Below, piece by piece: positions 38,638-53,084 of a stretch of 64,000 bases of DNA (position 1 is the stretch's first letter; each line of letters begins with the position of its first letter). The notes beneath the pieces were generated by a model, which was not told the DNA's origin, made no database searches, and saw only the letters and a program-made list of their open reading frames with translations. A program made the translations under genes and the position numbers. The DNA lies in contig OX597827.1 of NCBI GenBank assembly GCA_951406725.2, positions 35,960,001 through 36,024,000 of the forward strand. The letters run 5' to 3'. The DNA comes from Octopus vulgaris (lineage: Eukaryota).

Positions 38638-38935
38638 CAATTCAATTCAATTTTTATTGGCTCAAAAAGCAAAAGCAAGGCCATGTAGGGGGACAGGGAG
38701 TTATGTACAGGGAGGGTGGTCATACAAAGAGTTCAGGTCATTTCTGGTCAAGAGAGACTTTGAACTGAGCAGTTATTGGCATCTTCACTATCTCGTCCGG
38801 CAGCTTATTCCATGGATCCACAACCTGGACGGAGAAAGCCCCTCTCCTTCGATTGAGATGAAATCGTCATAGATAGAGCTTTTCGGAGTGACCCCGCAGC
38901 CCACGCTCTGGAGGAGTGAAGAACAGCTCTTTCGA
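38638..38935 (-). mobile_element. CR1-clade LINE 3' end
   Basis: Minus strand encodes LRGHSEKL..RFHLNRRRGAFSVQVVDPWNKLP..FKVSLD, followed by an (ATTGA)n tail. Confidence 0.8.
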
Positions 38936-40656
38936 GAGGTTATACTTTCTGCTTATGAAAGTGTTGGTATCAAGAGCTTAAAACTGTACAATGTGATTTG
39001 AGGCAAGTTTGGCTGCTATTTCTAGATATAATAATACTATGTGGATTAGTTAGAGAGAGCCCCCCTCTCCACCTGACTTCTGAGAGAAGTGTGGGGAGAA
39101 AGAAACCAGAGCCTTGGTTTGAACTCTTGCAGTAAAGTAAAGTCTGCTAAAGGCAGCCAAAGACCCAGGTAGTGGTGGTGAATTGGGCAATGAATAAAGT
39201 TTATGTAGCTGAATATTACAAACGTGTTGGGTTTACTAATGTGATTTACATTTAGGAAAACATATAACAGCTTTTACTGTAAACTTGCTATTTGCAGTAA
39301 GTATTAAATAAAATTGCTGACAAATTGTGAACTGTGAAAGGGTTAACCCAGTATGTTTCTGACAGCTAGATTTTCAGTTTTAGAACAGTCATTACATGTC
39401 GTAACCATTAATCATTACAACCAGTTGCTGTGGAGTTTGAAAGGGTTAATATAAATTACGCAAACAGTTACAATTAGAATAATTACATATAGTAGCCTTT
39501 ATGAAGCACTAACTTGTAGCTGTGGGGTGTAACAGACTAAAGGGAGTTTTGTTTTATTTTGTTTTTGCAAGAATAAATATAACAATAAGAAAGTTGAGAA
39601 CACAAAATAATGGAATGATAACAATAAGACAATTATATTTTTTTAAAAGATTTTAATTTTGTATAAGACAGAATCTATTGGGAATAAAACAAGGCAGGTT
39701 TGAAGGTTCTTAATGGAAATTTTTTTATCCGTTTTTGTGCTTCTTCAGACATTTGGCACTGGAGAATGGCTATGTGCTTCTTTGGTATTTGCTGTTGTTT
39801 AAAAGTATTTTTTTTAGATGTTGATAAGAAAATAATTGTAACCAATATGTGGGGGTGTTTGGATGATTTTGGTGAGACATGTAATACTTAGATGCAACAT
39901 CATAGTGCTGCTTTCAAGTCAAAGACATGTGGAGCTCCAATATTGGGCCCATAGACATTGGTGGTGAAACATCTTAGAACCTCCATATCATCCTCTGGTG
40001 TTTTGGCTCCCATTAAACATGTGGGGACAATAGAGACTATTTTAATACTGTTCATGTACAAACATATATATATATATATATGTGTGTGTGTATATATGCA
40101 GTGTGTGTGTTTGTGTGTGTATATATATATGTATATCATCAACAGATGAGATCCAGAGATGCTCAATATAGAAAACACTTCATAGCACTTTAATGATTTC
40201 AGCTTACACTCTGAAATCTTTACTGAGGACCATGTCCACAGGGTAAAGAGTGGCTATAATAGGAATCCAGGTGAGCACATATGGAAATAATGGATGCAAA
40301 TAAACGAATAAAGCTGCTTGGGTACGGTAAAACACAAGCATTTTTATTTGTTTATCTTCATCAATATATATATATATATATAATTATTTATATCTACAAA
40401 TTATATACGTTATTATTATTATTTTTTTGCAATTTACTTAATCATTAACATTTTATTGTTATTTTAATGTTAATATTTCTATTATATGTAATTTTCTAGA
40501 TGGTGTAATTTAACTGTTCATTTTGAATTGATAAAAGGTGGTTTTTTTTCTAATTTTTTATAAATATATTATATTGTGTGAAATTTGATTTAGTATTTCT
40601 AAATTGAAATTTTTTCCTTGTAAGTTTTGGATTTTATTCCCTCAAATAATAAAAAT

Positions 40657-40701
<45 letters not shown>

Positions 40702-40921
40702 GTAATGCTTGTATGTATGTACATATGTATCTATATATATCTATATCTATCTATATATATATATATAAGTTAAAGCTTGTTTATATGTCAAGTTATATAT
40801 GACAATAATAAACTGGAAGGAATACTCAATAGTTTTTCCGGGAGGATAAACACATATTTATTAACTTTTATAAGGGAAGGGTTAACAGTCAATCTTTTCC
40901 TAGTACAAGTTTATAAATATA

Positions 40922-40976
<55 letters not shown>

Positions 40977-42383
40977 ATGTATGTATGTATATATATATAT
41001 ATATATATATATAGATATAGATAGAGAGAGAGAGAGAGAGAGAGAGGGGGGGAGCTTAAGATTTAAGATTTGCTGTGCATAAGTTAAAATATGTAGTGTT
41101 TGACCTTGTGTGCTGATACAACATTATTGTTGCTTTTGTTGATTTATATGGGATGAATATATAAACAATATGTATTGGTTTTGAAATATTTGATAAGTGA
41201 CTGTGAGTATTAGAGATATTCTGTGAAGTGTATGTCACGTATATCTCATATGTTACAGTTGATACTTGGGAATGGGGACCTATAAATTTTGTAGTTTATT
41301 TTCTTCATTCATATTGTCAATAGATGGACTTAGACGATTTGGCCAAGCTGACTGGACATTCAATCTGTTTTTGGCGATACAACTTTTTGGTGCTGGAGTC
41401 AAACACACACACGCACACACACACATGCACATATTCGTGTTCAGAAATATTACACATACAGGTAACGAGAAGGAGAGAAAGAGATTGATGTTATAATTTA
41501 TTAATTGAACATGATTAACATAAACACTTTCCCTCTCTTCACACACACACAGAGCAATATGTTCACACACATAAACAGAGAGAGGTTGGGAGGAAGAGAA
41601 CAAGAAAAAATGTTTGATGTTAAATAAGTCAGCATCCAATCAACAATGCCAAATAAGTGGTGCCAAAGCAGCTGTGCCAAAATGTCCCATACCCATCAGT
41701 GGACCATATAGAAACCCATGCATATTTTACTTGTTGGGATAATAAAAAAAAGGGGAAGATCTGCAACATGTTGCACTCAAAAACCTAACTTGTATTATGG
41801 GAGTACATATGTGTGGGAGTTAACATGTAGCATATAAATTTATTGGGGAGATTAGTGAGGAGACACATAGGACTGTTTACTGTTAAAATATGTGATACCA
41901 ACAGTAGGAGACCCATTTCATTACTCTAGATCTATGGTACCAATATCACTCAAGACCCCCACCAAATATCTGAAACATATAGGATACTGAGCACCCACAT
42001 TAGACCTTTTCATATAACACCTGTATGTAGATCTTGATCAAATGGACCTCTTGCTATCAAAGCCATTGAAGCACTGGGTATTTCCATGTCAAAGCTGTCA
42101 GAATGTCTTTAAACTATTTTGGATTATTTGAAACTAAGAAAGCAGGCTATTAGTACTACTATTAGTTGTCTAATACGCATGTGTGTGTTTGTGTGTATGC
42201 ATGTATGTATGTATGTCTATGTGTGTGTGTGTGATGTTTAAACAAAGAAAAATATGCTGATATAAAGAATACATATAACAGAGAAGATGATTCTAACATT
42301 GCCCTCATATATTCTTGCACTCATTTTGCTTAACACCTAATTTAACTAACAATAAATTTAATTTCATGTATATGTATATGTAT

Positions 42384-43262
42384 ATTGAATCAAAAATTTT
42401 GCAATAATTTGGTAAGTTATTTGCTTTATTTCTCAAGTTACAACAAAAGCAGCCCAGCATTCAAAGTCGAGACCATCGTGTCTCCCCTTCTGAAGCCACC
42501 TTTCTGCCGGTTCCTTGATCCCGTACTGATACCAGCTTTTGTCCTTCAAGCTGAAGAACTCCTTCACTGAAGCTTCCACCTCCTCTTGGTTCATGAAACA
42601 TTGCAGGTGCAGGAAGTGAGCCATGGATCAGAACAAGTAATACTCCAAGCTAGCTATTTTTCACAATCCTAACATGCATAAGCAGTGGCTAAGCAAGGGC
42701 CAGCTCTCAGAACCTGCTGTCAAACATGGACATTTCAAACACAAGGTGACACTGTTTGTCTGGTAGAATTATGAAAGGATAATTTACCAAGAGTTTGTTT
42801 CAAATGGTTGAACCATCGATATCAACCTGTACTCTGAACAGCTGCAGTGGATGTATGACCTTGTGTAGCAAAAATACCTGACATTGTGAACAGACAGTAA
42901 GCACTTCTACAGCAATGCAAAACCTCATACTGCTTGAACAATCCAGAATAAACTCCAGGAAATTAAACTGTTCCACACTCAACATATAGTCTGGAGCAAG
43001 CTCTCTCGCATAATTACCTGTTCTAATCCAGGGTTCACTTCCTGCACTCATGATGTTTCATCAACCAAGAGAAAGTGGAAGGAATACTTTGCCCAGAAGG
43101 ACAAGGATTGGTATTGTCATGGGACCAAAGAAATGGCAGAAAGATGGCTTCAGATGGTGCAACACAATGGCCTCTACTTTGAATGTTAGACTGCTTTTGT
43201 TATAAGTGGATGAATACAGTTAATACGTTACCAAAATATTGCAAAACTTTTGACTCAACACT
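42384..43262. mobile_element. mariner relic with an inverted duplication of the transposase 3' end
   Basis: TIRs ttgaatcaaaaattttgcaata and tattgcaaaacttttgactcaa. 42433-42625 is the reverse complement of ~43030-43205 (GIKEPAERWLQ-type C-terminus). Confidence 0.8.
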
Positions 43263-44489
43263 ATATGTGTGTATATATATATATAATATGAATTAATGAA
43301 TGAATGACAAAGAATAGGAGTCATGTAATCACTTGCATTAGCTCACAGTTGTTTCTGCTATAAGAAGCAGTGCACACAGAGCAAAGTGTGGTTCTGAGGA
43401 AACTAAACAGAATGCTGCACAAGCACTCAGCTTTGAGTGCACTGTTTCTTATAACAGAAAGGGTTGTTATTAATGAAGGTGATTACATGTTTATGTTCTC
43501 TTGTCCCTCATTAATTAAAATTATGCTATCGCATTCACATAATGCTTTACTCAAAAGCACAAGTATATTGAGTTCTAACAACTGGTTATTAGTACTGCTA
43601 TGCCTAAGCAGAATTATATATGTGTGTGTGTGTGTGTGTAAGGCTTCTGAGCTAAAGGATGTTTCTATAAAGGAAGTATCCATATGACATAAGCAGATAT
43701 GAAAGAATACTGAAATAAAACTAAAGTCAATTGGACATCATTAAGAAACAAATAACTATTACATAGTATATATGATACCAATAACTTGGTTCTTACTGCA
43801 GAATCTACAAAGAAACTGTCAAAAGAAGTTTATAACGTGAGAGAGGGGTTTAAGTTGAAGTAAAGATAGCCAAGGCTATTTAATTGTAGCGACCATTAAG
43901 ATATTTGTATCAGAATAAATGATCATATTGAAAATGCAGGAAGAGAGTAGGCAGGAACTTAATGTTTGCATTGAGGTCTGTTAACAGCATAAGACACAAC
44001 AGACAATTGACTATTCAGATTGCTTGCTAGAAATAGCAATTAAATCTTGTTAACTGAGGAGACAAGGATTGCTGAAGTGATAGCAAAGTGACTAAAATTT
44101 CAGAGAGACAGAGCTAAAAATGTTGAGGAAATTGCTACCAGGATTAATTATCAAAAAATTAAATTTGTGTATCCTATGCATTTTTTCCCTTGTTCATTAA
44201 TTTCAAATTCAAATTTTTAATCCCCGCCATACATTATGAAGAAATGATTATTTCCCTAGTATTAACTGTCTACTAGGGGACACCCCTTGTGACCACTATT
44301 GACATATAGGAATTTCTATCAATGCATGAAACACAAACCATGTGCTAAAATTCTGTGTATATCAGAAATGTGATGCTGTATGGTTGTGAAATGTAGGTAG
44401 TAAATGGAGATGGTCTGCAGCAATTGGACAGGAACAAATTAAGTATAGCACATTGGATGTTCAGTAATAATGTGAAAATCAGCATAAGT

Positions 44490-44825
44490 GGAGCAAAATA
44501 AGAGAGTGAGAGAAGTGAAAGACAGATTGAGTGAAGTCAGCCAGTCTGAATGGAGTGAAAGACTGTGAGTGAAGTGAAAGACTGTAAGCGGAGAGAAAGA
44601 CAGTGTTGAGTGAAGTGAAGAACAAACTGATTGAAGTGAAAGACAGTGCAAGTGGAGTGACAAGACATCGCTGAGTGGAATGAAAGATGGTATTAAGCAG
44701 AGTGAAAGACATTGTGAGTGGAGTGAAAAGATATTGTTGAGTAGAATGAAAGACAGTATTAAGTGGAGTGAAAGAGAGTGTGAGTGGAGTGAAAAGATAT
44801 TGTAAATGGAATGGAAGACAGTGAT
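44490..44825. repeat. ~22-bp tandem minisatellite
   Basis: Unit similar to gagtggagtgaaagacagtgtt, about 14 degenerate copies. Confidence 0.85.
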
Positions 44826-45796
44826 TGGGAATTTCATTTTTTATACTTTAGTCAGGTGAGAAGGTGGTGGGCATGACAGGGTCTCAAAGATTGGTGGGAG
44901 GGAGGGAGAGAGAGAAAGAGGAAATTATTCTTAAACCAGACATTTGAACTGAATGCTTGCAACAAAGTGAACTTCATTAACGGCAACCAAAGTGCCCAGG
45001 TTGGTGTTAAGCCATGTTATGGCTTAATTCTGCCACCCAAATATGCCATGGTGAAAATAGATATCAAAGAGTTTGAAAGAGATTACTACAATGGCACACA
45101 CACACACACAAATATATATATATATATATATATGAATGGGTGAATCATACAGAATAATAAAGTGTGAATTGGGGATTGAAAAATTCCCTGCTGCTGCAGC
45201 AAGTAGACAGACTAAAGAAGTTTTGGGATGAAGCATTTGGGGCTGGAAGATAAAGCTGAAAACAGCACAGCAAGATACTAAACTAGCTATAGTGTCATGC
45301 TTTATTATTTTTTCTAACTCACCCATCTTATTTTGTTACAATAATAATTTTTTGTTTAATCATTAGACCTTTTTTTAATTTCGTTCTCCCCCAGTTTTGC
45401 AAGACAAGTAAAAGTCAAATTCTGACAAGTGAACTCATTGCCCAGGAATTAAGACTCCAATAGATTAGCTACTTAATCCTTGCATAATAACAATCACAAT
45501 TGCAGCCAGGGACATTTAAAGGAAAAGAAAATTGCAGCAGTCACTAAACAGATCATAGCTCTGTTTGGTGATGGCTGACTTGGGGTTAGAGTCACTACCT
45601 ATGACACCACCAAGCTAGGACAGAAACTCTGCAAACATTTAGGCTATTTTTACTGCCTGGCAGTGAAACCTTTAACCAAACAGCTACAACTGCATAGAAG
45701 CAGTTGTTCTTATTGATATTCAATTATAGAACATTCCATAAATATTACTATGAAAAGGAAGTGTTCATACTTCACAGGTGTTTATTTGTGATTTTA

Positions 45797-46726
45797 CAAG
45801 GTGATATCAAAAAGGACCTGGACTAGTTCTGTAGTGTGTCAACAGAAGGCAGCACACAGTTACATGTGCAATGAGAGCTAGCAGTAACCTTCATGAAGAT
45901 GTGTGCTGAGTGACATTGCTGTATTTACTTCGCAAGTTGTGAAGTTTGTGTTTTTTGTGATCACATGTATGATGTAGTCTGAGATTTTGTCATGGACAGG
46001 AAGTTGGAACAAAGAGCCAGCATGAAATTTTGCGTTAAACTTCCCAAGTTTAACGCAAAATTAACATCACCGATGATTACAGTTGGGTCTACAGGTACAA
46101 CCCTGAGACAAAGCAGCAGTTGTCACAACAGAAGAGCCCTTCATTTCCACAACCGAAAAAGGCATGACAGAGCTGCAGGTCAGTGAAGAGCATACTCATC
46201 ACTTATTTTAACAGCCACACTATTGTGCATCGAGAATTCTTCCCCCAGGGCCAGACTATTAATGAAGAGTTCTACTGCAATGTTTTGAAGCATTTGAGGG
46301 AGGACATTTGGCAAAAGCGACTGAATCTGTGGAGTGCGAAGAATTGGATTCTACATGATGACAATGCACTCTGTAACTGAGCTCTCCTCATTTGTGAATT
46401 TCTTGCTAAGAATGACATGGTAGCACTAACACACCTGCCCTATCCACCAGGTTTAGCACCTGTAGACTTCCATATCTTCTCCAAGATGAAAATGTAGCTG
46501 AAAGGTCACTGTTTAGCACCGTTCTCGAGATCAAGAACAAATCGCAGAAGGTCCAATTATGGAAAATGACTTCCAGACCAACTTTCAAAAGTTGCAGGAA
46601 TGCTGAGACCAATGTATTGCTGTGTAAGGTGACTATTTCAAGGGAGATGATGTTTAAACTTAGGTAAATAAATTGTTTTGTTTTTATTAAACATAACTAG
46701 TTCAGGAGCTTTTTGATATCACCTAG
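45797..46726 (+). mobile_element. Internally deleted mariner element
   Basis: TA|caaggtgatatcaaaaagg...ctttttgatatcacctag|TA. Remnants EQRASMKFCVKL, WILHDDNA and a PYSPDLAP-like motif. Confidence 0.9.
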
Positions 46727-46838
46727 TATCTTGTGCATCTATACTCGCAAACTGACTTACACACAACCCAGAACAACTTACAGACACTGCTGAGTGGGTG
46801 AAGAAGTGGATTCTTTACATTGCAAGCAAAGCTATTAA

Positions 46839-47368
46839 TCCTTTAACATTCAGATTACTCTGTGAAGGTGTGTGGTTTAGTGGTTAGGATAATATGCTCA
46901 CAATCGTAAAGTTTTGAGTCTGAAAACTGGCAGTGCATCGTGTCCTTGAGCAAGACACTTTATTTCATATTGCTCCAATCCACTCAGCTGGCAAAAATGA
47001 GCAGTACCTGTAATTCAAAGGGTCAGTCTTGTCACATTCTGTGTCATGCTGAATCTTGCTAATAACTACATTAAGGGTACACATATCTGTGGAGTGCTCA
47101 GCCACTTGCACACTAATCTCACAAGCAAGCTGTTCCGTTGATCAGATAAACTGGAACCCTCATCACCATAGCCAACAGAGTGCTAGTTTTTTTTTCACTG
47201 TATCTACAGTAATGCTTATTTATTCACATTTAAAAAATTACTCATGCATTATTTTAATATCCACAGATATGACATTGTAGGGTAGAAGTGAGAGGCCAGA
47301 TCTGGCTAACTTAAACATAAAACAGTGGAATATTTGGGCTGAATATGGCTGGTTTAAATGCTAAAGAG
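46839..47368. mobile_element. piggyBac-like MITE interrupted by SINE family C (46866-47185)
   Basis: TTAA|tcctttaacattcagattactc...aatgctaaagag|TTAA; the flanks are homologous to 5397-5605. Confidence 0.65.
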
Positions 47369-50300
47369 TTAAAGATATTCAAATAAAGTGAAACAACTTC
47401 AACTGGGAATTAATTTATCAAGAACACAAAAGTAAATTAGCCATTAATCATCACAACAACAACAATAACCAAAGGGGCCCTCTAAACGTTTGCACAACCT
47501 GCCAGAAATAGTGAACAAATCTCCTTCATATCACATTCTATTCTATCGTCTGAGAAAACAAAGGATATATTTCATAATGTAATCTTAAATTGACCATGAC
47601 AGAAAAATAGGAGGTGAGATAATCATGTCCAAAATGCTTTTGATCATAGATTTCCATAATTAGGGCTTGACCTGGGGTTGAACAACAATATTAATAGCAA
47701 TAACAAAAACTTTTTTTTTAACAGACTTGATTTCTACTTCTGACATTTATAAAGTTTTTTTTTTCACTTCATTCAGCTCTAAAGGAGGGATGAAATTAAT
47801 TTTATCAACTCCCATGTAAGACAGGTACTTATTTTATTAACCTTGTGGGAGGAATGAATGGCAAAGTTGACCTTGGCAAGATTTTAATTCATAACATAGA
47901 AAAGTGTACCTAAGTATCACATGTACTGCTTTCCTGATAGTTTTTAATATTAATTATTATCACATGATGAGGATGATAAATAACAACAACAACAATAATA
48001 ATAATACTACTAACAAAACACATCAGAAAAGGTCTCAGATAACAACAAAGCAACTTTACTCTGAGATGTACCAGTAATTCATGGAGCATACTGGAGCATC
48101 TTCAGAGTTTCAATAACATGTTTAGGCCCTAATAATGAAACTGCATTTAAAAAAGAGAACACATTAGTATGTTTTGTGGTGCTTTTTGCTTCTGCTGTTT
48201 TGAATACCAAACCAATATGTTCGAAGAGGCAAACTTTATATATGTATATATATATACTAATACATCTGTTTGTTTTGTACACCACCTGTCTTCGTCTTTT
48301 GTTTTTTTTCGTAAACTCTCCCTATATATATATATACATGGACACAGAAATCAAGGCTAATTACCCAGATATTGGTGCCATAGACAGTCTGGATTGAAAA
48401 TAATTTTTCATCAAAGATCTTGAAACAGAAATAACCAGAACATAGAGACTAAAAATAAACAATTCCTAAAATAATATTAAGTGCCTTAAGAATAATTAAA
48501 AATAATACCGATAAATATCTAACCTGAATTTTGACATAACAAAAAAAAACCCAGTCATAGTTCAATGTTAGAAGAGCAACCATGATGAAGCCGTGAGATG
48601 TGTTGCAGAGATAGCTTGCAGTCTTGTCAGATACCACTGAAAATTGTCACATCAGGACAGACCAAAGTTGGAAACTTATAGAACATTAGTCTAAGTTAAA
48701 ATGCATTTTTACTACTATCACTGTAGCAGGTTGGGTAATTCTGTATATAAATACACAACATATAGAAATAATATGTAATGTATACATATTACAAAAGAGT
48801 CATTTCAATACAATAGAAGATACCATATCAAAGAAAATCCTAATAGCTTCCCTGGAGGTGGTGCATCAGTATAGCTTTCGATGTGAAGATTAAAACAAAT
48901 TAAATACATTTGCAAAGAAAAGGGTGAGAAAAACTCAACACATTATCTGAAAGACCAGAGGGGAAACTGTATACTGTCACCAATATGAAGTAATATAACT
49001 TCCATCACAGCACTGCATCAATTAGAAGTTCAACCGTATCCAGAGAATTTAGTATGATATATATATATATATAAATATATATATATATGGAAGTAGATGG
49101 GAAAAAACTGTAAGAAAGTCTAGGGGATTTGCACCTTGTGTCAGCTAAAAATTGTATGACCATGCTAATCCCTACTCCAAAGCAACTTCATAACTTCACC
49201 AATCTAAACTAGAAGCCTTAACCTAACAAGCTAGATTTCCCATAGTTTGTGTGTGCTTGTGTGATTACATAGTTACATAAATTACCTCCATTTGAATGTG
49301 TAAAATTGGTTGTGTTGGAAAGCCAGGACGAAAATACTAATATTTACAATTGGGGAAATCATCAGCAAAGAGTATGTTTTTGATGGACTTCATTTGGAAG
49401 AAGGCTGGGAAAAAAGTTTAGTATGGTGTCTAGTTATTGAGTTAGACTATAAAAAGGAAAAGATATTGAGGACATAAGTAGGTTTATGTAGAATTGTTAT
49501 AGGTTCAATAACTTCAAATAGTGATTGCTGTAGAAGAGACACGGGGTGGTGAGTGGATAATGGAGAAACAAAAAGATTACAGAATATACAACAGTTTGCC
49601 AATCAAGTGGATATTGGTTCTATTTTTTGTGTGGATGCTATGCAGAATGTGTACATGATTGGTGCATTATTTTAAAGTGAGCACTGTTGTGTAGTCAGTT
49701 ATAGAGCATACTTTGGCTGAAAATATACATAATGGATAAATAATAGAAATTAAAAGCTATTAAGCTAATGAATGGAGAAAACAATATTTTAAGATGTAGG
49801 GAGGCAGATGCAGCTTGTGTTGTACAAAGGCAAAAAAATTTTCAAGGGACATTGTCCAGTAGTGGGCAAAAACATAGAACAACTCTTTGTTAAAAGACTA
49901 AAAATAAATTTAAAAAACAACAAATCTTTGGCACTCTGTTATCTCAAAGACCTTTTTCTGGATTACTATTAACAATAAATTCATGACTCTTAACATAGGC
50001 ATGAAGTTTTGGATTTATAAGTGTGCGTCATTTTGGCTTACAAATAACAAATGTGAATTTTAAAATAAAATATTTAAACAAAAACAATGAGAGCAGAAAA
50101 AACAACAAATAACAAACAAGGTTATTAGTGATGGATGATGTCTAAAGTTCTGAGTAATTCATGGAACATACTGGAGCATTTTCAGAGTTTCAATAATAAC
50201 ATTTTTAGGCCCTATTAATGAAACTGCATTTAAAAAAGAGAACACAGTAGTATGTTTTGTGTTGGTTTTTGCTTCTGCTGTTTTGAATACCACACCAATA

Positions 50301-50429
50301 TATTCAAAGAAGCAAGCTTTATATATATGTATATATATTTTTCGTATAGTATATGTGTGTGTGTGTATATATATATATATATCATCATCATCGTTTAACG
50401 TCCGCTTTCCATGCTAGCATGGGTTGGAC

Positions 50430-50483
50430 TCATATATATATATATATGAATATATATATATATGTATATATATTTTTCGTATA

Positions 50484-50533
<50 letters not shown>

Positions 50534-50596
50534 CTTTTATATATGCATGTATATATATATATGTATATATATATATGTATATATATTTTTCGTATA

Positions 50597-50640
<44 letters not shown>

Positions 50641-50836
50641 CTTTTATATATGCATGTATATATGTATCTTTGATATATACATGTATATATGTATCTTTGA
50701 TATATGTATGTATACATATATATCTTTTATATATGCATATATATATGTATATTTTATATATATATATATATATACACATATATACATACATATATATCAT
50801 CTATCTATCCATATATATGATATATATATATCTATC

Positions 50837-50901
<65 letters not shown>

Positions 50902-51180
50902 AATATATAAGTATATAATATATATATGTACATAATATATAAATATATATATGGAAGATATCTATATATATGTGTATATTATATATATATATATACATTA
51001 TATATATATATATATATATTATAAACATATATATGTATATTATATACATATATTATATACTTATATATTACACACACATATATATAGATATATATGCATA
51101 TATATACATATATATGCACACAAACATACACATATGTATATACATGCAAACAACATCCATATAAATGCATGTGTGTGCTT
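50430..51180. repeat. Long compound (TA)n/(TG)n microsatellite with higher-order units
   Basis: Repeating blocks tatttttcgtatagtatatgtgt and tatcttttatatatgcat embedded in TA runs. Confidence 0.9.
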
Positions 51181-53084
51181 ATAATATTTTAAAACATAAT
51201 TACATCTGTAATTCTTGGACAAGACACATCAAATTACTTGTCTCAAGTTATAAGATGTAAAGTTATAGGCATTAATATATTTCCTTCATTCCAGGGTATA
51301 AGTTGTATATATATATATATGTATGTATGTATTTACAACTACATACATACACATATATATGTGTATGCACACATGCATGTGTGTGTGTATTTTAGATGTT
51401 TTTCCCTGATAGTGTTAATAAGAAGGTGGGAAACTGGATTAATAAACTTGCAGAGCTGTTCACTCCATGCCAGCATGGGAAGAAAGTACTTGCTGCAAAT
51501 ACACATTCATATATATTTTATGAGAGAGTGATTGCAGTAAATAGTGAGAGAGTTGTTGGTGAAGAGAGGGAGTGGTAGGAAAGGAGAGTGAGAAGAAAGT
51601 ATAAGAAAAGAAAAATAGATAGTGTATGAGTGAGAATAGAAGAAAAAAAAATAAAGCAAAGAGAAAGATACAATGAGAGAAAGGGAGAAAAAGATAAAGA
51701 CAGAGAGGATAGATGCATTGATACAAGGATAAATTCACACACACACATTCAGAGAGAGAGAGAGAGAGAGGGAGAGAATTTGTTTATTGCAGTTGTTCTA
51801 ATGCTATTTTTGAAAGGTTTGATAACATCCCAAAACAACTGATACAAATTAAATTTTTTGCTGATTTATGGGGCATGTGTAAACATGGTATTCCTTTAAC
51901 AGAATATCCAATATTCAAGCCCATGTTCTTACTCTCATTATTGATGCACATTTTATATTATGATATAGCAGCCTTCATCAGACCACATAGAACCCCAAGT
52001 AATCAATGGTGGGAGTTTTATGTGATTAACAATAAAGGCTAAAATCTGAACAGTAAAACTGATGCACACTGCGTATATCCATTCTTACTGTATGTGTGTA
52101 TGTGGTATAGTAGATTGAGAAATAGAAAGTCACAGGTACAGTATTATATATTTGAAAAAAATGAATAGAAATGGTTTTTCTGATAATTTTATCAAAAAAG
52201 CCATTTCTATTCCATTTATATACAGTAAAGTACAAACATCAGTATCCTTAAACATTTTTATATATAGATATAATTCTTTGATCTAAGATTATAGTTTGAG
52301 TGGAAGATTAATGGGCCCATACATTTTTTACCATAACCTAAGAGGATGTTGCAATACTTTCTTATCTTTAAAGTAGATGACATTTTTTAAAGAAAATTAC
52401 ACAAAATGTGGCTTGAAACAAATAACACACCACTATATTTTGCTATTAATATGAGGAAGTATTTACAAGAACTTTTTCCTGGAAGGTTTCTTGAGAGTGA
52501 TGGTTCAGTTGAATGCTTCATGATATTTTTCCCTGTGGATTCATTTAAATCCTGTAAAGCATGAAAATCAACCTGGAACTCTCAGTACACTAATGGAAGC
52601 AATCATATCAGCCTGTGATAACCTCATATATCCTAAGTAGAGTTCATACATTCAGTTGAGTAAAATAGTTCTGAGATGACAAAACCCTGCAATTTGAGCA
52701 TTTGTAATTTGGGTTAGCTAGCTTTATTAAGTTCTCTTTTCATACACGTGTGTGAGTGTGAGAATGAATTCATACATTTGTTTGTATCTGAGTATTACTA
52801 TCAATATATATACAAGTGTTTGTATCTTTGCATTGAGGGGTAAGTGCCTTTTTTATGTTGATGATGAGTAGAAATATAGCTATAGCTAAAGTGGGCCCAT
52901 CTGGGAAGGAAGGAAGGAAGAAGAGAAAGAGCAGGTGAGAGAGAGAGAGAGAGAGAATAGCAGTACAAAACAGAGTCATAGAGTGTCATTAGTTTGTACA
53001 TTTCTTAACAAGTTTGTGTATGTCAATGTCATTGTTTATATGTACTTATACATGTCTGTTTGGCAGCGAGAGAGAGTTCGTTTT

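Noticed and set aside
44490-44825. CRISPR-like array (also 2290-2640 and 25669-25770)
   Set aside because: Eukaryotic context, degenerate units, no unique spacers and no cas genes.
49130-50130. Possible very old minus-strand LINE RT remnant
   Set aside because: Only vague motif hints; I could not assemble a convincing translation by eye.
50430-51184. Many YI/IY/CV-rich ORFs here and at ~15300-17000 and ~40000-41100
   Set aside because: They are translations of (TA)n/(TG)n microsatellites, not proteins.
52455-52630. FPGRxxxxxGSVE-like Tc1 transposase remnant
   Set aside because: A single short degenerate motif with no TIRs identified.
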